Both the position numbers and the translations under genes were made by a program. This document shows positions 52,866 through 60,445 of a stretch of 64,000 bases of DNA, in pieces. Under the pieces are notes generated by a model. The model worked only from the letters and a program-made list of their open reading frames with translations. It had not been told where the DNA came from and made no database searches. Origin of the DNA: a virus; the IMG/VR virus record IMGVR_UViG_3300009071_000007; one strand, given 5' to 3'. Each line of letters begins with the position of its first letter. Within the stretch, counting starts at the first letter, position 1.

Positions 52866-55800
52866 ATGAGTTGCAGATTTAAAGTCGGAGGTATAGATAA
52901 CCCATTGCTTTCAGACGTTATGTTCTACGTAGAGGATACTGCTGCAGAAGCAAGAGATCCATACAAAATAAAGCAGATGCTGGACGGCAAGATAGCCGTC
53001 TTAGATGGGGATACTCTTTACTTGCGAGATGATGTAATGGATGCAAGAAAAGAAATAGGTTACATCAACGCAGCAGCCCAAGACTTTTTTGGGGCATACA
53101 CAAATCTGATTACTGAGACTCGAGAAGGGAAGAACGTAAGGCTGGATATAGACCCTGAAGTATTGGAGGTTATGTTTAGAAATACTTCAGTGCAGTTTAC
53201 TATGTCTGAAGACACAGACATTGAGGCTGAAGGTGAAGATCTGACGCAAGACCCACTAGTAGACGAGGTATTTAATGTACAAGAAAGGGTAGATAATACA
53301 ACAGAAAAGCTCTTAACAAATGTGGAGCTTCAGATAGGGAGACTCGAGCGCTTAGAGCAGAAGGAGAAGACTAAGCAGAAGCTACGAGAGCTGGAGCTGT
53401 TAAAAGCAAACCTAAAGAAAATAAAGCAGGGACAGGAGAAGATATCTGACTATGCTGAATACATAGACTATGTCTTCGCACTAGCACAGAGAGCTGAGAA
53501 GTTGTACGATAGAATACAACAAGAGTATGCAGTTAGCTATAAAACAATGCCCAATGAGGATAAAGCTAACATACTTAAAAACATCTCAGACCTGCAGCAG
53601 ACTATACAAGCATTCTACAATAAGGACAAAAAGAAGTCCGCTCTTACTATTCTCAAAAACAAACTAGATACTCTAGCGGATACTGAAGGTTTAAAAGATG
53701 ACCTACTGCAAGACGTACGAGATACTATAAAAAGAATGGATGCTCTAGATGATAGGTACTTAGCTGTAGCTATCCCAATACAAGCAAGATTGCTTCTGTC
53801 ATTTGCTCCTATAGGTGTTAATCAAAAAATAGATGCAGACATAGAGTTTCTAGAAAAGGCGTTGGAGGAAAATAATCTTAACATCCCATTCCGAGGACTA
53901 GAGAGAAACAATAAACAATACGAAGCAATAGCTATGGAACGTAACCTTCGATCTGGTTACGGGTTACTTGACAGCAGACAAGCAAAGCAAAATAGACAAC
54001 GACGTCTGATAGAGCTAAATATCAAGCAGCTTAAAGAAAAACGTATTGGGCCAGCTCGTATCATAAAAGAGTTGAGAGAAACACACCAGGATGCATCCGG
54101 GTTCTCACTTTACACAGATCCTTTGGTTTACAGCTCGGATATTACACTCAGTTTGTTTTCAAGTGCAATCAAAACAGGCCTACTTGAAGGCCACAGAAGC
54201 ACCATAGATACTAAGTTTAAACTGCGTGATGCTTTCTACAAGTTTAGAGATGCAAGTACTGCGTCAGAAAGAAACCCGGCAGAAATGTTTAAGGATATGC
54301 TAGAGGTAGTTTCTGTGTATCGTAAAAACAAGAAAACACAGAAGGTAGAGAAGACTAATATCTTGAGTATTGTACAGCCTTTTGATATAGCTAGCTACAA
54401 CGAGAAGCAGAATACAATGTTTGAGCTTGCAAAAGAAGAATACGGCTACCCAGAGGATGTCTCAGAACTTGATGACTTCTTTAGAAGTAAAGAGGGAAGA
54501 CTATACAACCAAACAGTTGCGGAGTGGTATTCAAAAAATGGAAGACCGATAGACGGAGCTCAGGACATAATTGATGACATGCTTAATAAGCGGGATAAGA
54601 TACTACTCGCACGAAATAAAGCGTACAAAGAGGGTAGGGACTTTGAAGCAAGGGAGCTGTCTTATCAGTACAATGCGCTGGACCTTGAGATAAAGAAAGT
54701 ATACCGACGAGGAAAAGGGGGATGGGTAATTACAGGTAGCCTAACACAACCTAATGATAGCTACATTAACCCTAAGTTTACGAACATGCCCGCAGCAACA
54801 AGAGAGTTCTACGACGTGTTTATGGAGGTGTATAAAGAGCACCAAGCTAAACTTGGGAGACGCCCAATGGTTCAGAACTCCTGGGACAATTTTTCTTACA
54901 TGGCTCCTGCTATACTAAAGGATGCCATAGACTCTTTCAAAGAAAAGAAGTTTAAGGAGGGTGCCCAAAACGCAATTGGGGATGTGTTTACACAGAATGA
55001 AACCGATACAGAGTTTGGGGAACTCATCGATGCAAATGGGGAGAAGTTAAGAGTAATCCCCAAATACTTTACGAATACAGTAGAGGAGTCTAAGATCTCC
55101 AGAGACATAGTAAACAGTCTAGTCAAATTTGTTGACATGGCTAACCGCTATGAAGCCACAGCTAAAATGGCTGGAGTAGTTAATGTGATGCATGACTCTA
55201 TTAGAGATCGTACTGTTAAAGAACTGTCTGCTACAGGTATCCCAATAGTAGATAAGACTGCACAGCGACTAGGATTTGGAATAGAAAAAGAGGGACTTGG
55301 AAAAGATAGTCGAGACTTTGAGCATCTTAAAAACTTCATAGATAATGTAATCTATGGAGAGAGCATGAGAAAGCAGGAAACTGATAAAATCTTAGGATTC
55401 TCAAAGACAAAGCTTTACGGTAAAGCCGCGTCACTTACTGCACTATCAAGACTTGGATTTAACGGGCTGCAAGCTACTAACCAGTTGATAATAGACTCTA
55501 TATCAAATGGATCTGAAGGCTGGGCAAGACAGTTCTACAGCAAGGGAAGTCACTTCAAGGCACAGACAATAGTTAACCTCGCTCTGTCTGATCTTGGGAC
55601 AAGTGTAAGCGAGGCAATCTCACCTAAGTTTGTTAAACAAAGTAAGCTAAATCAAATGGCTGAAATGTTTGATGTCTTCCAGGAAATGGGTAGAACAGAG
55701 GATGTTACTGGGAGTGCTGTAAGAAAAGCCACTAACCTAAACTCCGTGTTTATTTTGCAAAGAATCCCGGAATGGCAAACAACTATGACGAAGATGGTGG

Positions 55801-56738
55801 CCCTTGCTCTAGAACAAAAAGGGTTCAAAGATAAGAATGGGAACATCATCAAAAATAAAGAGGGGGAAGAGGCAAATCTTTGGGATATATTAGAAAAGGA
55901 TTCAAAAGGTCAGTTAAAAGTTAGATCTGATGTTGCAAACTTTGGGAACAAAGAGATGGGTATGTTTGCCGCCAAAGTATCCGGGATGGTAAAGAGAACC
56001 AACCAGTTGAAGGGGAGCTTTGATAAGACTCTTATAGAGAGACAGGGGGCTTTGTCATTAGTAGCTCTGTTCCGCAAGTTCTTGAATCCTGCATACAGAA
56101 AAAGAATGGGTCACAGAAGTGGGGGATACCACATCGACGTAGAGCTAGGAGATATAACAGAAGGGTACTACACTACATATTATAATGCTATCACAGCAGC
56201 GGTACGTGGATTTAAAAATGACCCAATAGACTCTCTAAAACTCCTGGTTGGGAAAAGCAAGAATCAAAATGAATTGCAGAGACAAAACATTCGCAGAATT
56301 TTGCATGAGCAATTCTACATTACAATGACCGGAATGATAACACTGATTCTAAATGGTATGATGGACGATGATGATGAGTATGATAACTGGTACACACACA
56401 TGGCAATCTACCAGATGAATAGACTTCAAACAGAACTCAAAGCATTTAGAAGCGTAAATGAATTTGGGAGAATAATAGAGTCCCCCACTGCAGCTGCTAA
56501 CCTAGTTAAGGATGCATCCCAGCTTATTACAGCTACAAACAACTTAGCCGGATACTATATGGGTTGGCCAACAATAGAAGAAAAGGATGTCTTCTATCAA
56601 CGACGGTCTGGTAAATACGAGAGGGGAGATCTTAAGTGGGTTAAGGAACTAGAAGATATACTCCCAGTAATAAGCGGTATTGTAAAGACCGGGGACCCAG
56701 AAGAAGCTAACAAATATTTCATCCTTAGTAATAAATAA
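52866..56738 (+). CDS. giant virion cargo-protein candidate (1290 aa)
   Basis: This uninterrupted ORF is the last gene of the plus-strand arm. It has coiled-coil-rich regions and a hydrophobic segment (FYITMTGMITLILNGMM). No enzymatic motif recognised. Confidence 0.85.
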   Translation: MSCRFKVGGIDNPLLSDVMFYVEDTAAEARDPYKIKQMLDGKIAVLDGDTLYLRDDVMDARKEIGYINAAAQDFFGAYTNLITETREGKNVRLDIDPEVLEVMFRNTSVQFTMSEDTDIEAEGEDLTQDPLVDEVFNVQERVDNTTEKLLTNVELQIGRLERLEQKEKTKQKLRELELLKANLKKIKQGQEKISDYAEYIDYVFALAQRAEKLYDRIQQEYAVSYKTMPNEDKANILKNISDLQQTIQAFYNKDKKKSALTILKNKLDTLADTEGLKDDLLQDVRDTIKRMDALDDRYLAVAIPIQARLLLSFAPIGVNQKIDADIEFLEKALEENNLNIPFRGLERNNKQYEAIAMERNLRSGYGLLDSRQAKQNRQRRLIELNIKQLKEKRIGPARIIKELRETHQDASGFSLYTDPLVYSSDITLSLFSSAIKTGLLEGHRSTIDTKFKLRDAFYKFRDASTASERNPAEMFKDMLEVVSVYRKNKKTQKVEKTNILSIVQPFDIASYNEKQNTMFELAKEEYGYPEDVSELDDFFRSKEGRLYNQTVAEWYSKNGRPIDGAQDIIDDMLNKRDKILLARNKAYKEGRDFEARELSYQYNALDLEIKKVYRRGKGGWVITGSLTQPNDSYINPKFTNMPAATREFYDVFMEVYKEHQAKLGRRPMVQNSWDNFSYMAPAILKDAIDSFKEKKFKEGAQNAIGDVFTQNETDTEFGELIDANGEKLRVIPKYFTNTVEESKISRDIVNSLVKFVDMANRYEATAKMAGVVNVMHDSIRDRTVKELSATGIPIVDKTAQRLGFGIEKEGLGKDSRDFEHLKNFIDNVIYGESMRKQETDKILGFSKTKLYGKAASLTALSRLGFNGLQATNQLIIDSISNGSEGWARQFYSKGSHFKAQTIVNLALSDLGTSVSEAISPKFVKQSKLNQMAEMFDVFQEMGRTEDVTGSAVRKATNLNSVFILQRIPEWQTTMTKMVALALEQKGFKDKNGNIIKNKEGEEANLWDILEKDSKGQLKVRSDVANFGNKEMGMFAAKVSGMVKRTNQLKGSFDKTLIERQGALSLVALFRKFLNPAYRKRMGHRSGGYHIDVELGDITEGYYTTYYNAITAAVRGFKNDPIDSLKLLVGKSKNQNELQRQNIRRILHEQFYITMTGMITLILNGMMDDDDEYDNWYTHMAIYQMNRLQTELKAFRSVNEFGRIIESPTAAANLVKDASQLITATNNLAGYYMGWPTIEEKDVFYQRRSGKYERGDLKWVKELEDILPVISGIVKTGDPEEANKYFILSNK

Positions 56739-56744
56739 GGCCAG

Positions 56745-56778
56745 AAAAAGGGGGTGGCGAAAGCCGGCCCCCAATTTT
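56745..56778. terminator. bidirectional intrinsic terminator between convergent arms
   Basis: AAAAA-GGGGGTGGC-GAAA-GCCgGCCCCC-AATTTT forms a 9-bp stem with one bulge and a GNRA loop. T-runs follow on both strands. It lies between the stop at 56738 (+) and the stop at 56780 (-). Confidence 0.8.
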
Positions 56779-56779
56779 C

Positions 56780-57118
56780 CTATTGTTTCTCTCTGTTGAC
56801 AGCAACCATAAACAGTGTAAGATATCCCATGAGATCCATGAGGGTATCTTCACTATCACCATCAACACCTAAAGTTTTGAAGCGACGAAGTTTGTGCTCT
56901 ATCTGTCCCTCCAATAACTGGAGAGATGATAGATTACAAAACAAGTTCACATCAGAGAGTGCACTGTTTCCGTAAGATCTGTTCTTCTCTGCAAGCAGGG
57001 ACTTTAACTTATCTAATACAGCGTGTGCCTCTTTAATTGTAGGATGTACAGGCTCTATGTCATCAGTACTAGTAGCCACGTAATCATGTTCCCAAAACTT
57101 TTGGTTATTCATTGTCAT
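56780..57118 (-). CDS. DUF1599-like (nucleotide-modification-associated / MazG-like all-alpha NTP-pyrophosphohydrolase fold) protein
   Basis: 112 aa. LLAEKNRSYGNSAL..GQIEHKLRRFKTL..EDTLMDLMGYLTLF follows the K-x-x-DYG..DK..R..D..DL.nY pattern I recall for DUF1599. Assignment is from memory. Confidence 0.45.
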   Translation of the reverse strand: MTMNNQKFWEHDYVATSTDDIEPVHPTIKEAHAVLDKLKSLLAEKNRSYGNSALSDVNLFCNLSSLQLLEGQIEHKLRRFKTLGVDGDSEDTLMDLMGYLTLFMVAVNREKQ

Positions 57119-57824
57119 ACATTTTTATTTGTTCTTCTTCAGCAACAGCTGTAGGAAGTTGAAACCAATCTATTTTAGGTAGGTTTCTGGTTTGAAGTCT
57201 TTCATTAATATTAAGAAAGTGCCCACTCCCATAAAACCCTGCCTTATTACCACTGTATACTTCTGCAGCTGGGTGTGCAGATGTTAGTACAGCAATATGG
57301 ATGTGTTCTTTAAACTTCTGAGCATGTTTACCCCAGAGAACAAATATAGTGTGACGTCTACGTTCTTGAATAAGTTTTATCACTTGAACTGTAAACCAAT
57401 CCCACAACCCAGCATGGGCGCCGGCACTCTTCTCTTCTACAGTCAGTGCTGTATTTAAAAGAAGAACACCCTGCTTAGCCCAATGCTCGAGCGTGTGGTC
57501 GAACTCATCAATAGGTTGATGATGATCAAATTGATTACACAATTCTTTATGAATTATCCGTAACGATGGGGGAATAGGTTTATGAGCTACTCCAAAAGCT
57601 AACCCAGTAGCTTGTCCATTATGATACGGATCCTGTCCAAGAATAACGACTTCAACTTTATCGAGGGGACAAAGAGTAAAGGCTTTAAATGTATCCTGAC
57701 GTTTAGGATAAATCTTAGCGCCTCTAGATCTTATAGTCTCCACTGTAAAATCAAATTGAGAACTATCGATGAGAGGACGTAACTCCTCCCATCCATAGTC
57801 CACGTCTTTAAATAATAAGTGCAT
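57105..57824 (-). CDS. ung: uracil-DNA glycosylase, family 1
   Basis: [42 protein letters not shown] and SAHPAAE match E. coli Ung blocks [42 protein letters not shown] and HPSPLS. Confidence 0.9.
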   Translation of the reverse strand: [239 protein letters not shown]

Positions 57825-58567
57825 TATACTTTGTAGTATTCTTTGTCAAATCGTTCATAACGCATGTCAGGTATACTGTGTAACTCAGAGTCCCCCAGTT
57901 TTATGTCTAGCTTAACTTCTAGACTCTTTCGGAGTTCGGGGTCTTTGTATAGTATCTGACCTGTTTTACCATCAGCTTTGTAATCATGATAGTCTAGGAT
58001 CATCAGCTTCCAGATATCATCTATCTTAGAATACTGACCCTCCCTAAACCGTTTGTATGAATTCCTAGCCGAATCAGGAATATCAAAGACAAACAAAACG
58101 TGGTACGTATCCACATCTTCGAATTTGATAAAAGTTGGCATAGCACACATTGCTTCTTCAAACTTTGTAAACATCCTATCTCCAGAGAACCGATACAAGA
58201 GAGCAATACACTCATCGTATTCCGGTGTGGAAATAAAAGCATTTACAAAAAGAGAATCCCACAACATGTACTTCTTGTTGCCTCCAAGAAAAGGAAGAGC
58301 AAAAGTGCTAGAGCTAGTCAGCTTAGCACACTTGAGGTCATAGCAAATAAGCTTGCCCTCATGTATACCGCGCGTAATAACATTAACCTTGTGCTTTGTC
58401 TTCCTATAGGTTACCGAGCTTCCAATTTTAATTTCTATTGTCTCTTCTTCATTGTGCAATCTAACTATATCCGTTCCATTTACTTCTTCTCGATAGCTTA
58501 GAGGTACATGCAATCTAACAGTTCGCCCATCGACGGGCTGTAAATTGAGACCTTTGACATCATGCAT
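57824..58567 (-). CDS. hypothetical protein (247 aa)
   Basis: ORF with overlaps to the genes on both sides (ATGCATGA upstream, TAATG downstream). No motif recognised. Confidence 0.8.
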   Translation of the reverse strand: MHDVKGLNLQPVDGRTVRLHVPLSYREEVNGTDIVRLHNEEETIEIKIGSSVTYRKTKHKVNVITRGIHEGKLICYDLKCAKLTSSSTFALPFLGGNKKYMLWDSLFVNAFISTPEYDECIALLYRFSGDRMFTKFEEAMCAMPTFIKFEDVDTYHVLFVFDIPDSARNSYKRFREGQYSKIDDIWKLMILDYHDYKADGKTGQILYKDPELRKSLEVKLDIKLGDSELHSIPDMRYERFDKEYYKV

Positions 58568-59324
58568 CGTCCCATAGATCGTTTGAGATGTCAGTGCACA
58601 ACAAGGGAGGAAGCCTCAAACCATAACGGTCTAAGTCTTCATCCGTTTTAAGCAGATACACTAGATTAAAGTTTTTGAAGAACTCCATGATACCATTTAC
58701 CATACCGAACTTCTCTACGTACTTGCGTAATGCAAACGCTTCGAAGTCTTTTGTTCTATCCTTTAACCAATTCTCTGCAGTCTTTACACCTACACCAGGG
58801 ATACCCACAATATTATCTGTGCTGTCACCCATAAGCGTCTGTATCCAGAGAAACTTGAGAGCTTCCTCTGGGGACGTATGAGTAAACTCTGCTTTCCCAT
58901 AATTGTAATGCATCCCAACACATTGTTTGAGTACATCTTTATCGGGGGAACAAATAATCATAGTCTCCTCGTGATTGTAAGAATAGTAACTGACAAGATC
59001 ATCTGCTTCAAGTTCTGTCACGTAAGAGAATCCCCACTTCTGCATTGCATACTCCTTGAGTGAAGGAAACAACACAGAGCGATTAGATTTCTTCCGCTTA
59101 CCCTTGTAGTCAGTATCAATCTCGTACCTAAAACACTTGCCATGAGTTAGAAAACCCGCATACTTTGTAGTATTACATTGATGTAGTATATCATGGATGC
59201 GTTGGTCGAGGCCAGTCATAGCCTCCTCCAACGTTTCCTTACCCATCTCGTAATACAATAATGAATCTGCGTCAATCAAACAAACGGCCTTACCTTTGGG
59301 CAGTCGTTCAATTTGTTGACTCAT
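58560..59324 (-). CDS. 5'-3' exonuclease / flap endonuclease (PIN-like plus H3TH)
   Basis: The N-terminal acidic PIN block is CLIDADSLLYY. The H3TH motif LMGDSTDNIVGIPGVGVKTAENWL is as in the Pol I 5'-nuclease, T5 D15 and T4 RNase H families. Confidence 0.85.
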   Translation of the reverse strand: MSQQIERLPKGKAVCLIDADSLLYYEMGKETLEEAMTGLDQRIHDILHQCNTTKYAGFLTHGKCFRYEIDTDYKGKRKKSNRSVLFPSLKEYAMQKWGFSYVTELEADDLVSYYSYNHEETMIICSPDKDVLKQCVGMHYNYGKAEFTHTSPEEALKFLWIQTLMGDSTDNIVGIPGVGVKTAENWLKDRTKDFEAFALRKYVEKFGMVNGIMEFFKNFNLVYLLKTDEDLDRYGLRLPPLLCTDISNDLWDDA

Positions 59325-59325
59325 A

Positions 59326-60435
59326 TCACACAGTTGTAGTATTAGATTCTAAAATCTCTTTGCGCATCTCTTCCCATTCCTGGTCAGTGAGTGCTGCATA
59401 CTTAGATGAATGATACATACTACCATTCACACCAGCCAAGCTAGAGTGTACAAAGTACTGAAGGCAACGGATAGCACCATCAGTAGAGTTAGGGATTGCA
59501 CCAATATGCATAGGGTCTACAAAGACATTGTGAATCTCTCCCCCATAACCATTGATGTAATACAAACCACCGATATGCAGACCACGAACACAAACAGCAT
59601 TATCATCAGTGTTTACCTGATCCCATGATTCCAACTTGTGAATGCGTCCGACACGAATGAAGTGTCCAAGAGCGTCCCCACAAAAGAATGCATCACCGCT
59701 ACTTCCCATAACAGCTGGCTCAAAGAGTCTGTTCTCCACAAATTCTGGGAGTCCTTCTGAGTCAATTTCACCAGTATCTACGTTAAAGGTGCGCTTGTAA
59801 CGAGGCATGCGATCCCCAGTCTCAGCATCAAACTTATGCATGACTTCTCGAGACACTTTGTAACCATTGAGGAGACCCTCGTTAGTTATCTTGATTTGAT
59901 AAACAGTAGCAAGATCCGTAGCTACATTTTCGGCAAGACCTTTATCCATAAAGATTTTCTTGTTCTCCGGATGCACGTACTTCATGTTTACAAAATCAGC
60001 AAAGCGCTCAGCAAAATCTGCACCTTTCTTTCTGAGCAACGGATTGCGCAAGAACCTAGTCCACAACTTTACTACAGGGAGAAAGTCAATATCCTTGTCA
60101 ACAGAATCCATAATTCTCTCTACAAGAGACTGCGGCATAGGGATGTCAGATATCTCCTCATCATCGTGGGTCAAGAAATACTGCTTAGTCAGCTCATTGT
60201 ATTTCAAGTAACTACATTTTGACTCAATAAGCTGCTGTGCATCTATTCCATTGTCCTCAACAATTTGTACAATTCCATGAGTGTACATTTCATACTCTTC
60301 AAAAGACTCTGCAGCATTAGCCTGCACAGACAAATCAAAGAGTCGCTTGTACGTCACTTTGTTGTAGGGAACAACGCTGAAGTCTTCACCTATAGAAACA
60401 GATATGCTGTCTTCTACGACATTTAAATTTACCAT
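59326..60435 (-). CDS. rIIB: rIIB-like protein
   Basis: It lies directly downstream of the GHKL (rIIA-like) gene, as in T4. The C-terminal block QVNTDDNAVCVRGLHIGG..VFVDPMHIGAIP..AIRCLQYFV resembles the T4 rIIB block RVNDDDTQTCSRGLHVCS..VKVHPRDVVSIP..KMRTCQYEV as I remember it. Confidence 0.55.
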   Translation of the reverse strand: MVNLNVVEDSISVSIGEDFSVVPYNKVTYKRLFDLSVQANAAESFEEYEMYTHGIVQIVEDNGIDAQQLIESKCSYLKYNELTKQYFLTHDDEEISDIPMPQSLVERIMDSVDKDIDFLPVVKLWTRFLRNPLLRKKGADFAERFADFVNMKYVHPENKKIFMDKGLAENVATDLATVYQIKITNEGLLNGYKVSREVMHKFDAETGDRMPRYKRTFNVDTGEIDSEGLPEFVENRLFEPAVMGSSGDAFFCGDALGHFIRVGRIHKLESWDQVNTDDNAVCVRGLHIGGLYYINGYGGEIHNVFVDPMHIGAIPNSTDGAIRCLQYFVHSSLAGVNGSMYHSSKYAALTDQEWEEMRKEILESNTTTV

Positions 60436-60445
60436 ATTATTTTTG

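Noticed and set aside
56754-56975. 73-aa plus-strand ORF after the last giant gene
   Set aside because: It starts inside the bidirectional terminator stem and runs antisense to the DUF1599-like gene. It has no leader and an odd composition.
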